A DNA stretch of 64,000 nt from Podarcis bocagei (GCA_964188305.1 OZ076886.1); one strand, 5' to 3'. Counted from the stretch's first letter, positions 38,241-52,236 are shown. Numbers and translations: made by a program. Notes: a model not told the origin generated them from the sequence alone.

Positions 38241-38476
38241 CAGTGGTACCTCGGGTTACATACACTTCAGGTTACATACGCTTCAGGTTACAGACTCCAC
38301 TAACCCAGAAATAGTACCTCGGGTTAAGTACTTTGCTTCAGGATGAGAACAGAAATCGCGCGGTGGTGGCGCAGCGGCAGGCCCCATTAGATAGAGTGGT
38401 GCTTCAGGTTAAGAACAGTTTCAGGTTAAGAACGGACCTCTGGAACGAATTAAGTATGTAACCAGAGGTACAACTG
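38241..38476. mobile_element. Tigger/pogo-like MITE (opposite orientation to the 1256 copy), in the last GLP2R intron
   Basis: TA-CAGTGGTACCTC...GAGGTACAACTG-TA. Confidence 0.85.
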
Positions 38477-39113
38477 TACTTGGACAGTGTACACAGACAC
38501 TTATGAATAGTTGCTATTTAAATGACTTCAGCATGTTTTTTACAGTTCAGCAGCTGAATATTGCGAATACCACTCTGTTTATGCTTCTGCCTCCTGTACT
38601 CCACATATCTTCTGCCATCCTTTCTTCCTACCAGTTTCTGCTCCCTGCCCTCAGTGGAAAGGGGAGGAGAACACTTCCTGGAAAATGAAAACCTTCATGT
38701 AATGGAGTGTTCCCCCTTCATTTTGGGCTCAGCTCTACTCCAATCTGTTGCACATCAGGACTGGTTGGTACCCCTCCTCATAATTAGAGGCACAAGGGTA
38801 GCATCCTGGCCTTTTGCTTGGCATGCATGGGCAGCTTATTGCAAGTCGATCTGTTTACAAGTAGGTACCCTATACTGCTGTTTCAAGGAGCAGGCTGAAA
38901 GGGGTCGTGTTCCTTGCTTGATATCTCCAACTACTGCAAGGATCACAATGGAAACTGAATAACTCTTCAATGTATACTAACTGATATAAAATGCCAGGTG
39001 ACCACCAATAATGTCACACAGGACTAAGTGCAAGCTGCACCAGTCAGTCTGTTCTGCAACATCTTCCAAGAGAAACAAGTGGTTAGAAATGAAGGTCAAG
39101 AAGGATATTTTAC

Positions 39114-39155
39114 CTCTCCATTAGAAAAACAGTATAAAAGTGCTACAAAGAAACC
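39114..39155 (-). CDS. GLP2R: GLP2R exon 12 (GFFVALLYCFSNGE)
   Basis: ccttccag acceptor, gtaaaa donor; the 42-nt TM7 exon typical of class B1 GPCRs. Confidence 0.95.
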
Positions 39156-40459
39156 CTGGAAGGGAAAAGAGAGAGAAGGGAAATTAGATCTGGATGAAAT
39201 TTGCCAAGGTACAATTCAGCTACAAGCTTATGCAATCACATAATATTGTTCCTAGAAAACACCTGAAACCTGAGTCATCATGCTGCTAAATTGAACTTCC
39301 CCTTGCTCAAAAATCACCTTTATCTCTCAGGTATCATGTGACGAGGCACCAGTACCCAAAACTCTGTTTTATTTTGCTTAGAACAATTTTGCTCGAGGAA
39401 ATGTCAGGCTTGCAATTTTAAACCACGAAATATATCACTTTGACCTAATCTGTGCATTTCGCATTAGGTTGTGCAGGAAATATTGCAACTGAAGTTTAGG
39501 GCAAAATTACACGTATAGCTTGTGAACTTAACCCTCCCGAGGATGTGACTGTGAGACCTTGTAAGAGTAGTATCAAATTTAGCCAGTTTCCCTAAAGCTC
39601 AGTAGCTGACTCCCCAACCCCACTTAGTATTGACATGCTAAAAAAGTAGTAATGCAAGAAACATGCATATTGGACTGATATACATCTGACTTCTTGCACC
39701 TGGTTCCTGCTGGCAAGAATTTAAGGACATCTAAGACTCAAAGCATTTCTCCTCAGATTTATATATGAAGATTGAAAGACACTGCATAATTTCCCATTTA
39801 AAAAAACGGACCTAATGGCAACTCTTTACTTAGTCCAAATGTCTCATTCTTTGGGACCAACAAATCCCCAAGCAAATCTGAATTTGTATTTAATAGTTAA
39901 TGAACTAGCTGCAAAGTTCTTTATTGCATTTGTAGAATAGTACAGAATATGGTATACCACATGTCTTAAGAGTGATGATCATTTTAAATTTCTAATACTT
40001 GCTATTCTGAAAGTTGTTTCCTGAATTTCCTCAGCTAACTCATCGAATTACATAGTCTGTTCCCCGAATTTTCCAGCATTTGTTTGCAAACCCTTACCAG
40101 CTATTTATATTCAAGAACATTTTCCACAGAGTTCTTCTTGAGAACCATTTGTCAAAGAGTGCTCCCTCCCTCCCTCATTCGCTAATATGTCCAGCAACCA
40201 TGGTTTACTGATGTGACCCTAGATGTCTAAAAGTTATACGCAAGCAATTTGGAACTTTCTCAGGTAAATAAGCATTATATTATAATAGTTGCAACATTCA
40301 ACCCTATGTTGTCTTTTTCTTTGAAGATTTTTTGCTCTCTGCTCTATCTATGGTTTTAGTATGAAGATTATTATTTCTTTTCTTTTCATCTATTCATTAA
40401 TGCCCTCTGTTTATTAATTAGTGGTAATAAATAATGCCCCTTCCAGCACAAGAACTTAC

Positions 40460-40598
40460 TTGGAAGGAGCCCAGGGTCAGCTGAATGAAGACTTTTATGT
40501 GCCTGGAAAGACCATCAATTCTTTCATCCACAATGAAGTTAAAAACAATCTCGTGAATCCCAAGCAATGGTATTAACACAAGGGTTGATCTTGCCAGT
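40460..40598 (-). CDS. GLP2R: GLP2R exon 11, TM6-TM7 ([46 protein letters not shown])
   Basis: atttttag acceptor, gtaagt donor, 139 nt. Confidence 0.96.
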
Positions 40599-41129
40599 CT
40601 AAAAATACAAATAACCATAAGAATGAATTCAATCCTAGAGATAAACTACATCAAGAAATCTCAATGGAATCATGATATTCTCCACTCACCTCCATTTGTT
40701 TGGTGCTAGCATCAGAATGATCAAACCTCATACATAGATATTGATATATTAATGCAGGGGTGGTGAATCTGTGGTCCTACCAATGTTGTTTGTCTGCCAT
40801 CAATCCCAGCCAGTATGGTCAATTGTCAGGGATTATGGAAAAAAACATGTGGAAGGCCAGTTCCCCCACCCCTGTGATTAAGGATATATTTAAGGATTTT
40901 AGTCAAACCTCCAGCAACATGAAATTGTTGAATTACAATTTTATCAAGAAGTTCAATGTTGTCACTTGTAGACTGAATTGGAACAAAGGCTTTTTAACTG
41001 TACTATGTATTACCACTAACTATGATAGACTGTACTTTGCCGAATTTCACTTCCTTCTGACTTCACTGCTTACAGCCCCTGCCCTCCAAACATGTAGATA
41101 AGTAAGTACCTGTAACTCAGGATAACACT

Positions 41130-41212
41130 TCATTCTTCTGAAGAAGCAGATTGTTATCCATAAAATCTTATGTAATAGTAAACTAACTTGCTAGTCTTTA
41201 AGGTGTCATTAG
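41130..41212 (+). mobile_element. Degenerate Penelope-like terminal remnant with decayed hammerhead
   Basis: CTGAAGAAG at 41138 followed by ...ccaTAAAAtcttatg...tagtctttaaggtg; GAAA core mutated. Confidence 0.45.
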
Positions 41213-41921
41213 CCTTAACCTTTTCACCTTCTCCCTGACATATTAATTTTATTGGCATAAGTATGTTGCAGTTGTTTTGGAGATGACAATTCACCTGAAG
41301 TGGTACAGCCCAGACACAGATTTATTGTCTTAGTGAGTTTACCATTATTAAACAAACTAGGCGCTTATCAGCCTTTTGTTTCTTCAGTGACCAACCCCAG
41401 CAAGCCACTGCCAGGCTGGGCTCATAAGAAAGCTAGTTGGTATTGTTTCCAGCCCTTGCTAATTAATGAATTGATGAGTTTTCTCAAATTCTAACCCTTC
41501 GCTGATTGTAGAGATTATGAAGGGGCTGCCTCCCAACTCATAACAATAGACACATGCTCTCTGACTACTATTGAAACTTTGTAAGTAAAACATTCACCTA
41601 TGTGCAAAAAACACATGACTGTGATATATTCTAGCCTAAGTATGTTCATGGTGAATGCTTGTTTAAAGGTGGGTGAGGCTTCCCATGGTAAGATGTAACC
41701 AAGCATAAAAGTGCCTGGTGCAATCAGCCATTGTGCAACTCTGCCAAGATAGTTAGAATCTCGTCCAAACCTCTCTCTCTCCGGCACATGTAACAAAATA
41801 GACGTGGAGGAAATTATTGTGTAGAATGAACTGGAACATAATCAGTGGATTCTCCTTTCAGTTTAAAAAGTACTGTAGAAGACTAAGTAGATAAGTACAA
41901 ATCTGAGAATGTAATATTTAC

Positions 41922-42010
41922 CTGAATTTATAATCACGAAAGCTCATTTGCTGGGCTTTAAGTTTGGAAAGTAGCAGCTTCACAATTTTTAGAAAGATGC
42001 AGAAGTTAAC
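41922..42010 (-). CDS. GLP2R: GLP2R exon 10 (VNFCIFLKIVKLLLSKLKAQQMSFRDYKF-R)
   Basis: ctttgaag acceptor, gtaaat donor, 89 nt. Confidence 0.95.
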
Positions 42011-42935
42011 CTTCAAAGAAAAACACCTCTTGGTTAGTTTCAGTAAATGCAATGAACATTATTTGGCTAGCAGCGGGGCAATCACAAGAAATTAACCACA
42101 AGCAACAATTCACAGCACAATCTTAACCGTGTTTACTCAGAAGTAATTCCTATTGAATTAAGTTGAGTTTACTCTCAGGTAAATGTGTTTAGTATTGCAG
42201 CCTCTGAATGTGTGAAGACATTGTTTCTAGAGATTTTCTACCCATCACATTTACACAATTTTTCCTGCCATTTCTCTTATCTCATTCTGTCCCCACCCCT
42301 TTCTTTAGGTCAGCCTTTTGATCCAAGATACTTTTGATCTTTATTAATGGTTGCTGGAACAGGGAGCATCAGTAGCAGATGGAAAAGAACACCAAGGACA
42401 AGTACCCTTGCCAATATCTTATGTATCACACACACATAATACCTGCATACATGTTTACATGCTCTCATGTATTTGAATGGGTATCACAGCATGTGATCTC
42501 TCTTTTTAAAATATAAATGCAAAAGCATTTGCCTGTTCATGTTCCCAAGACTATCTTGCTCATATCCTTCTCTGGGACACTCTCTGGTTCTCATTTTTCT
42601 GATCTTCTGAATTTCGAAGCTGATTTCAGTCCAAGTATTGCTTCAGGAAGTGCAGATTCAGTCAGTTCACAGTTTAATGCAAACTTCTCCCCTACCTTTA
42701 GTCCCTGTCCTGCCTTATGCCTTCCGCAGCCATTTTTGTTCAATCAATCCTAGCTTTAAATTATTTAGGGTTAGTCCTTATTTTGTAAAATACAGAGAGA
42801 CACAAATCATGGAAAGGGTCAAGTCAGTCTCACCCTGCTGTGCACCAGGAGATGTTTCCCCTTGCAAATAATGTAACAGAAACATACCACCACAACTGTA
42901 TAAAGAATTAATCAAATTTATGCCATGATGCTTAC

Positions 42936-43005
42936 AACAATGGAAAACAAAATGGGCCCGCGAATGATCCACCAGAATGCCATGTTGTGATGTGTTGCCC
43001 AGCAT
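42936..43005 (-). CDS. GLP2R: GLP2R exon 9 (CWATHHNMAFWWIIRGPILFSIV)
   Basis: ctccctag acceptor, gtaagc donor, 70 nt. Confidence 0.95.
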
Positions 43006-43864
43006 CTAGGGAGTAAGTCAAAATTATTCTGTCAGCTCACATAAGCACAAATGGCAAGCCACATTATTTTTAAATAGATTTGGATAGGACCTGTGAACCT
43101 GGTTGCTATTTTTTGCCAAGAGGAATAATCAGATTACTCATCAAGATTACATTTTTCAAAATCAATTGTAAACAATAATCCATTCCTAAGCAAGTAATCC
43201 CAAGGCATGCATTTTCCCATAACACAAAACCATTATTCTAATAGTTGTGGCTGTAGTGGGTTGTAATGCAATTTCTTATTTTTATAATGAGCTTGCTAAT
43301 GGAGGCTTAAGCAACTGATACCTATGGAAGCAAATGATGATGATTCATTTGTGTTCCACTAGGTGCATCTAAACGCCAGGTTAACTTCACTTAATTCCTT
43401 TGGTTTAGCATTAGGGACCAACAGGATGTAGGATGAGGTCTATTTATTAATTATACTTACATCCCACTCTTTCTTTCAAAAGCTCAGAGCAGCTTGTATT
43501 AAGTTCTCAGTGGCCTCTTGTTCAAGCCATGATCAGGCCCACATCAGCTAAGCTTTCCTATACCATTCACAAGACTGATCTTACTATGTCCACATAAATA
43601 TCAATAATAGGGGGATTAGAAAATCAGAAACTGGTGGTGCTTGGGTGTGTGTATGTGTTTTAGCAAAGTCACCATCAGTATCTGGCTATATACTTTAGAT
43701 CACCATCTCCACAGCCTGTTTACAAATGACCACCACAGAGCAAAATGTTTGTCTGTATCCATCCAAAGACCTTTGTTTAAACCAGCAGGCCATGCCTTCC
43801 ATTGTCTTGGCAGAAACTGAAGCAACAAACCAAGCCAGAGGAGCATTTGGAAACAGTCACTTAC

Positions 43865-43925
43865 CCCTCATACTCCAGTTGGTATTTTGTTATTCCCCAG
43901 GAAGCCACAAACAGAACTGGAAAAC
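43865..43925 (-). CDS. GLP2R: GLP2R exon 8 (FPVLFVASWGITKYQLEYE-G)
   Basis: ttcccag acceptor, gtaagt donor, 61 nt. Confidence 0.94.
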
Positions 43926-44451
43926 CTGGGAAAAAATGAGATGCAGGGACAATGTGACTTCGCAATGGGCAATATGTAACAGTTGTTGTGCTTGTGGACT
44001 AAATAATAATGGAGGAGCTGGAATATAGGGATGGGAGGGAATATTACTAATTTGTGTACAAGGCAAAGGCTATTGATCACAGCAACTTTTTTCTCTTGTT
44101 GATCGAGTCACACATTTTTGTAACCCTCTTTATCCAAGGACAGTCTCTGAGCAGATAAAAGCAGCAACAAAGTTAAAAGAAGAGTATACTTATAATAATC
44201 TGATGTCAAAATGAAGGGCAGGGTTTGGATCATTTATCAGATGGCGATTATTATTTATTCAGTTTATTGTACATTTATATTTTGTCTTTCCTCCCAAGGT
44301 AGCCCAGGGCAGTTGTGACATAGAGAGGGGTGGCTTATCTTCAATATAGACATGGCCTTCGTGGCTGCAGCTGCCTTGATGACATGGGTTTTAGATTGAT
44401 GCTAACCAATCCTGAAACAAGCGCTGCTGGGGGGAAAATCTGTATATTTAC

Positions 44452-44611
44452 CCCATCCAATGAAGATGTATCTCAACAGCAGATGTTTCTCAGAGAGCAC
44501 AGTGGCTACCAATAGTCTATGGAGGTAAATCCCTTCCACTAAAATCCAGAAGAAATTTGCCCCAACAACATAATGCATCAAAAGCTGAGCCATCCTGCAT
44601 AGGAACAACTT
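44452..44611 (-). CDS. GLP2R: GLP2R exon 7, TM3-TM4 (KLFLCRMAQLLMHYVVGANFFWILVEGIYLHRLLVATVLSEKHLLLRYIFIGW-G)
   Basis: tttccacag acceptor, gtaaat donor, 160 nt. Confidence 0.95.
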
Positions 44612-45615
44612 CTGTGGAAATGAGATAGTGAGAAGAAAAGTTAATATTGAACAACCGTCAACAGCAAAGTAAAACTTGGTACTACCAATTATCAAAATAC
44701 AGCTTGGTACATACAGATATGTGGAATTTTTGTTAAGCAAGTCAGATACTTGTCAGTCAAAATGAATATTTGAAAAGCCCTATTCTTCTAAAGCAGTTTT
44801 GTTAAATGTTAATGACTACAGAGCTCTGTGGCTGGGTGGTTCTCAAATGGAGGGCACTAGCAGCAGAGCCCAGATACCTACCTTCTGCACTGCCAAGCTA
44901 GCCTTCAAACGAAACAAGCTGCTAACTTGGTCCCTGCTGCGTGAGCAATGCAAAGGCCCAAGAGTCCAACAGGGTCAAATTAGCCAAAGTACAATCTCAA
45001 AGTTCTCAGAATTCTATGGGAAGAAGGCTTGATTGTTAAACTACTCTAGCAATTGTAGCTCTGCGAGGAGCATAAAGGGCTCTGCTAAAAACTACCTGCA
45101 ATCCATGGCTGTCAAAGTGGTATAATTATGCCTTAAATGCATCTGTATTGTGAGTGGTATGTGCTGGCTGCAGGCCATCTGAGGAAGACAGCATACACCT
45201 GTGTAAATCTTCCGGACATATCCATCTTTTGTTCCTCCAGTTGTTTTAACTTCCCATTTACCTTGTTTTTAGATGTCTTGTTTTATCTGGTTTTTAACTG
45301 GCACACCACTTTAGGGTTTTTTTTGTAAAAATAATAATCAGTCTATAAGCTTTATGAATAAATAAATAAACGAAGGAATTTTCTAGCTATTTTCATACTT
45401 GTGTGCCAGTTACCGGTGAACAAAAGAAAGTATGCAGAGCTTGAAACTTGCTAGCAAAGGATGCTCAGCATGGAATGCAATGCTTTGAATGAGTTCAATC
45501 AACAACAGTTTTCTAGCAAGCTTTGCAGCTACAGAATTCAGCCATGAACACATAGAAACTCCAGGTATCATTAGATGCTCTTTCTTCCACCCACTTGCTT
45601 TTAACAATGCCGTAC

Positions 45616-45790
45616 CTCTGGACTTGAGAATGATATCCATCCATTTAGATCACTTGGCTTTTCAGAGTCCACATAAAGAAATACATAAGTGCTGTGGGTT
45701 GTTCTGTCTTTGATGAGAACTCCTGCAGCTCGCAAGATGAACGCAATGAACAGATTCATATGGATGTAGTTCCTTGTGCAGTGCAGTTTC
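45616..45790 (-). CDS. GLP2R: GLP2R exon 6, ICL1-TM2-ECL1 ([58 protein letters not shown])
   Basis: ttccacag acceptor, gtacgg donor, 175 nt. Confidence 0.95.
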
Positions 45791-47043
45791 CTGTGGAAGA
45801 AGAGAAGCATCCTCTTAGGAATCCACTGAAGTTGGTTTTATTCTGATCTGAATAACAGCATGTTCTTGCCCTGCTGTAAATGTTCTTCCTTCCTAGTGGG
45901 GACTTAGCGGCTATGGGTGCTAAGGACACTTGGATCAGCTAGGCCTGCATGTTGTTCCAGTAGCATAATTTCTGTCTTATCCTACACTGGGCTGAGCACA
46001 CCTGACAACCAAGAGTATAGGGGCTCCCATCTCTGTTGCTCATTTTCTGTGAAGCAAGAAAGGAAAAGAGGCAGTGGCAAAGTTGGTGTGGTATTGTGTG
46101 GTTTACAACATATACTCTCTGCAGAGAACTGGACAGCTGGGGATGCTTGCTCCTAAATAAAAAAAATTGTGTGTGTGTGTTTGTGTGTCCCTCCTATAGG
46201 GCTGATGAGCAAGAGGACCTCACTGCTGCCATTGCTATTAGATGGCCTCATGTTGCAGCAGAAAAAGACAAACACTACTTAGGGTGGAACTACATCTCTC
46301 ATCCCAGTCAATAATTTGCTAAGGATGGGAGTGCTGAGACTAGTGGAACACTTACAGGAGAAGATCAGCAGAAGGGGGGTGCTTAACTCATGCTGGCTAC
46401 AAAGATTCCCACCCACCTCTGCCATTTCCACGCTAGCTGGGTTCATCGCCAGTTTTGGAGCACGACTGCTTCGCTGGGGAGGCTTAGAAACTGCTTGTGT
46501 GAACATTTTCAGGGGAGAATCAGTAGGCAGGCAAGCATTAATAGGAACCATGTCCAATTAATTTATTCTCTCCTGTGGGTGTTGCACATTTGTTGCAATA
46601 CTTTTGCAAAGGAAACATTAGATTTGGAAGCTTGTTAGTCAACATCTAGTTTATTCCTTGCACAAGGGCCTACTTACATTATGCAATCTTTTGCCTTCTT
46701 TTATAATGCTCAGGTAACAGGTGGCCCACTGATAATATCTGATCACCACTCTATCCCTCTCAGCTGCCATGATACACAATGCAATTAAAACTGTACCGAT
46801 TTCATGGTCTCATAGGTGTGGTATGACCAGGGCAACTTCGGCATTATTATTAGGTGAGCAGATCCTTTGACTGATCTGGGAAGAAGGAAGTTTCTCTTAC
46901 TTTGTCCAGGATGACACCAGCCATCATTCAACGTTAGATTATAATGCAAACCCAGGTCCAAATCCCAGCTCCTGGCAATTGGAAAATGTACCACTGGGTA
47001 ATTCCAAAACACCATGTTTTACTGAAAGATAGATTATACTGAC

Positions 47044-47150
47044 CTGAGCAACATCAGTATGAAAAGTGCTAAGACAAGGGAAACAAGAGAAAAAGTATAT
47101 CCCACAGTATAAATGTACAGGGTGGAGATCCACAATGTTTGTTCTTCATC
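47044..47150 (-). CDS. GLP2R: GLP2R exon 5, TM1 (DEEQTLWISTLYIYTVGYTFSLVSLVLALFILMLL-R)
   Basis: ttcttag acceptor, gtcagt donor, 107 nt; YTVGYxxSLxSL motif. Confidence 0.95.
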
Positions 47151-47941
47151 CTAAGAACAACAGAGAAGCAAAGGAGTTAAATTGATGTAAAGTCTGGGAA
47201 ATGGATCATTCCAGGAGAGAAAATTCTGTAGAACAGCAATGAGAAATTTGTGGTCCTCCAAATTTTGTTGGACATCAACTTCCATCAGCCCCAGTCATAT
47301 GGTCAGTGGCCAGGGATGATGGGTGTTGTAATTCAAAAACATCTGGAGGACTACAGGTTTCTCATCTCATCTGCAGAAGATCACTCTAGCACATAACTCA
47401 GGGCTCATTCAGACTTCATTTTGTGCCATGTTTTTAGGCACAGGTCCAGGCTCTAAAGCTCTGTGTCTAAGCATGGTGTGGTTTTTTTGTTTTTTGTTTG
47501 TCTTGGTGCTTTCCCCAGGAAAACCTGCATTTTACTGCTGAATCAGAGCCAATCGGCAATTGGGCTTTCCATGGATTGCTGTTTGCTTTGATTCATACCT
47601 AATTAACATATCCTCTCCTATCTTTCTAAACATTCCTACAAGCCCTCACTGTTTTGGAAACCAGACGTGTTTATCAGACATTTGTGCTGACCTATTATTA
47701 GTCATTACTTAAATGGAACCTCTGGTTACCTGATGCTGAGGGCAACCAATATGACAAAATGATGATCTCCTTTATGCTGTCTTTGTAAGCTTACAAAGGT
47801 ACCTAGGTATGCTAGGCTTGATAGTCTCCAGTGGTAGTCCCCATTCCCTCAAAATTCCCAGGACCAGAGAGGCCATCCAGAGCACCACACCTTAAGGTGC
47901 TGCCAGTGAAAGGAAATTCCCCTTCCCTTGTACATATAAAA

Positions 47942-48179
47942 GAGTTTGGATTTGATATCCCGCCTTTCACTCCCTTTAAGGAGTCTCAAAGCGGCTAACA
48001 TTCTCCTTTCCCTTCCTCCCCCACAACAAACACTCTGTGAGGTGAGTGGGGCTGAGAGACTTCAAAGAAGTGTGACTAGCCCAAGGTCCCCCAGCAGCTG
48101 CATGTGGAGGAGCGGAGACACGAACCCGGTTCCCCAGATTACGAGACTACCGCTCTTAACCACTACACCACACTGGCTC
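47942..48179 (-). mobile_element. tRNA-derived CORE SINE (Squam3/Ther1-MIR type)
   Basis: - strand begins GAGCCAGTGTGGTGTAGTGGTTAAGAGC (box A) ... GGGTTCGTG (box B); CORE-like CACAACAAACACTCTGTGAGGT...GTGACTAGCCCAAGGTC; adjacent (GGAAT)n. Confidence 0.8.
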
Positions 48180-49055
48180 TGGAATGGAATGGAATGGAAT
48201 GGAAGTGCATTCTGCTTGTACAGCCAGGAAAGAGAGAGAGAGAGATGATCTGCCTATTTTGTTTTCCCTCCTCCTGGATGGACTTCCATGTGGGAATGTT
48301 GAGGGTGGCAGGAGAGGATATATTGTTTATTAATATCCTTCCTAACTTGTGTTAGCAAGTTTTTTACTTAGCAGAGTTTACATTCCCCTTCTTACAGCAG
48401 AAAGCTGGTTGCAGCCTTGTTAGAACCTCTTACTATTATGCAATTCAATCTGCCTCAGATTGAACTGTATATTGCTGGTAAGATCCCCTTTTAAATCCCT
48501 CCTAAAGGAATAAAGACACCACAGTCTTATTCATAAGTAACAAAAAGTAGTTTTACTTACGATCAATGTGATCCCTGAAGGCAGGCTTTAGGCTTAAAGT
48601 TACAAACATATACAAACAGGTTTACCCCATAAGGGAGATGATCTGGAGGACTGCTTGGCTGGCAGCCAGCAGTTCAGTCCAGGAAGATCGCAGGATGAAA
48701 GGAAGATGGAAAAGAGGGAGGGTAGCAGCATGCCTTGGCCTTTTACCAGGTCTGGAAAGGTCAAGCCCACCCACTAGTCACATGCAAGGAAGGATGCTCC
48801 AGCCAGGTGTAACAGGAAGTTTGACTGGCTGGACCAACATCCCCTTGCATGTCACTCTAGGAAAACAAGGAATGTTATATTTGACTGCTCCCAGTGGATT
48901 ACATCCCACATTCCACACTTACATTCTGTGAATCATTTTGGAAAATGTCCCAGATGTGCTCTATCTGTGACCTAGATTAAAGGTTATACTCATTGTTTTG
49001 CAGAGTTCCATATTATGTGCATGTAACTCCTATCCATATGTAACTAGTAGGTGGA

Positions 49056-49057
<2 letters not shown>

Positions 49058-49097
<40 letters not shown>
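49058..49097. repeat. (GT)20 microsatellite
   Basis: Directly visible. Confidence 0.9.
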
Positions 49098-49099
<2 letters not shown>

Positions 49100-49516
49100 A
49101 AAAAAAGCTAAATTCCTCATGAGAGTTCATTACATCTCAGAGTAGTTTTATGTGGCTGGAATAGTCATAGGTGCAGATTCCCATATGAATTTGTATGTAC
49201 CATATGGAAGAAAAGGTGAAAGTGAAAATGATTGCTCATTATATTTATATAGTGCCTCTCTCTTCTAATGGCTTTACTCATTCTCCTCATAACTTTTAGA
49301 ACCAGCTCAGCAGTCAGAAATCCAAGAAACGTTGGGGGGAAGAATGTGCTCAACCTAAGCATCCAGCCTGAGTTGACCCAATTCTCTCTTCTAAATAAAC
49401 ACACAGACTACCCATTTTCAGGTGAAGTACTCAGTGGAAACAATTTGATCAAGAGGATTTCCAGAGGGGATTAAGCAGGTTACTGTATTAAACCATAAAA
49501 AGGCATCTCTACTCAC

Positions 49517-49638
49517 TTTTCTCTCGTAGTGGCTGTCTCCAGAACATTCAGTGCGGTTATCCCAGACCACAGTGGAGTTTTCAACTTTTTTCCAAATCCC
49601 TTGGTCCAAGCAGATTCTGTATACGTTTCTTGCACTTC
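49517..49638 (-). CDS. GLP2R: GLP2R exon 4 (SARNVYRICLDQGIWKKVENSTVVWDNRTECSGDSHYERK)
   Basis: catttag acceptor, gtgagt donor, 122 nt; YRxCxxxGxW...WxxxxEC. Confidence 0.95.
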
Positions 49639-50406
49639 CTAAATGTAAACAGACGCAAGCTCAAAGGTCAAGACACACATTTCATTTTTCAGACATGCTT
49701 TGTGCCGTCATCCTTTCATCACTTGCCTAGAGACCCCTGAAAATGGAGACTTGGCTGGATGTATGTGGCTCTTTGTAATGTCTGTTTATTTGGGAGGTAA
49801 CTGTAGAAAGCTTAATATTTATCAATGGATTAACACTGTCAAATTCTCCTAATTCCTTGTTTCTAAAGCCCCTGTCAGTGCTTAAACCCAAGGGATAAGA
49901 TTGTATTTCACTTAATTCCATTTTACATGCTTTCGATTATTTGTGCTTGGGGTTGAGAAGCAGTCACTGATATTGTATAATTAACCAATTCAGGACTGCA
50001 GATTCCAAAGGGGGATTAAGTAAATCTGGCCACCTTCCCTCTTTCATTCTTGTGTGATCTCATTGGCTCCTTTACAGCTTGCTTCCTTGCCTCCCAGTAT
50101 TGTCTCCTCCTTACTACTGTAGGAGTCTGCTGACGAAATCATGTTTCTACCTTACATCTACCTTATAATCCATACATCATACTATGTATGGAGTGTGGTA
50201 GAATTGGATTTCTGAGTATGTGTCAGGAGAGATTTGATTCAAGCATTTATTTAAGAAGCTACCCTACGCCATCAGCGTTGAAGAGTCTCAGTTAGCAGTT
50301 TCTTTGCATGACAAGGTACCCAGTACAGAACTCTAGAGGGAAAGAGAAATCTTCTCATATATATTACAGCTTTGCAATGTGCATATATTTCCAAGTCTTG
50401 CCTTAC

Positions 50407-50511
50407 CATTTTCTATCCATGGTAAATAATGTGGACAGGGAACCGAGACTATTCCTGGAGGTGAATGAGGCCAGCAAACAAATTCATCAAAACTCCCATT
50501 GCAGTATATTC
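50407..50511 (-). CDS. GLP2R: GLP2R exon 3 (IYCNGSFDEFVCWPHSPPGIVSVPCPHYLPWIEN-G)
   Basis: ctctcag acceptor, gtaagg donor, 105 nt; class B ECD signature CxxxFDxxxCWP...VxVPCPxYLPW. Confidence 0.96.
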
Positions 50512-52236
50512 CTGAGAGAGAGGGAGAGTCTTTTAACATTCACTAAAGGATGCAGGCAGCTGATCACCAAGGGATGCAGTGTGTTCAAACCAAGCCATAT
50601 TGATGTTGCACCTAAAATACATAACTCTGCACATCTTGTAGCATTTAAATTAATACCACTAAATGAAGTTTACAGCTTGATCATAAGCAGGGCTCAAAAG
50701 CAGGAGGGGATGCAGTTCCACTTCTTTGCAACAGACATAACAGAATCTGACCAAACTTGAAATGAAACCCTCTTACGTTCCTTTTTCTGCCACTTTGAGC
50801 ACTAAACGTAAGACTTACAGTGAAGCATGCCAGCAGCCACCCTTGTGCTAAGCTGCTACTTGTGCTACTTAGATAAGCATTTCAGCTAGATATAGATGGT
50901 GATTTAGATTTCAAGCAAAGTTCTCAAGAACATTTATCAATCAAACTTTGGGGACGGGGGCATGAATGGAACCAAGGCATCAAAATTACTGAAGCGAGCA
51001 ACCAAAACAAGCACGAAGCTGGCTGATTATCATTTTGACCACATATATCAACAGGAAATGAATGTAGGTGAGTGAGAACAAATATAACAAGATGTTCCCA
51101 AGAGGCCAAATGGTTAGTTGAAAGGATTAGAAATGAATAATCAACAAAATAATGATGATAGCATTCATACAGAATACCTCAGTAATTTTTATGACAACAT
51201 ATAAATATTATTATCTTGGCCAGATCACATCCTCATACCAAATGTCAGCAGAAAATGAATTAAGATGACTGACAGAAAATGAAACAAGATGTTCCCAAGG
51301 AGGTTCAGTAAATATTAACAACAACAAACAGACATTTGCATAAATTATCTCAGTAAACAGCCACCTTAAGGTAGTAGTAGAAAAGTACTATTATCACAAC
51401 CGTATTAAAAATGAAAGACTGAGGCTGAAGGAACAGTGGCTTGTCTATGCAAGTTCTTGTTTGAGATTATATTTGAACTGCTTCTGTTCCAGCTCACACT
51501 CCCAGTCTGCACTGCACCAGCTTTGACAGTACTGTTGACTGTCAAACAAACAAGAACATGTCATAACAAATCCCTCTCCCTCTGAGAGACTGAGGATACC
51601 AAGGGTTTAATCCTTAGGCCCTGAGAAGGATATTCTCAGGGCAACATATCCAATATTCCCACCCCCACTGCCAATGAAGCATTAATTGCCCTGACCCAAC
51701 TGATGGCAGAGGCCAAATGGGGGCCTTTCAGGGGTGGTTCAGGGGTGTGGAGGGAGACTGAGAAAGTGACTTGACACCAAAGGATCCAAAAGCTGTTCTG
51801 ATCCCGCAATATGCCGTTTTAGCATATTCAATAAAATACATCTCATTCTTCTCCCTATCCTGCTCACCAAATTTCCAGCATTTCTTGCTCTTTATACTTG
51901 CATCCATTTTGGTGAGAAGCCCTACTACTCATGATCTTTTAGTTATCACTGGGCAGTATTCAGCTAACACATCCCACCAATGCAAGGATTTCCACTTGCA
52001 AATGGGACTTTCATTTCTCCCCTCCCCCATGCACCCTCCCAAAATCTGCTCCACAGGGTTGAGGGAGCCCCTAGAACAGATTGCAGGGAAAGAGGGAGGG
52101 TGAATGCTCCACTGCACAAGCAGAAATCTTTGCAGTGACATTAGGCTCATGTACTGCTGATTTGGATACAACACATTTCTACAAGCTTTGCAAACTATTA
52201 TTTGTGCGTTGATGATGGTGAAGGTTGCTTTCTTAC

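Noticed and set aside
48350-48916. Possible solo LTR in GLP2R intron 4
   Set aside because: LTR-like composition, but no convincing TG..CA ends with a matching TSD could be fixed by eye.
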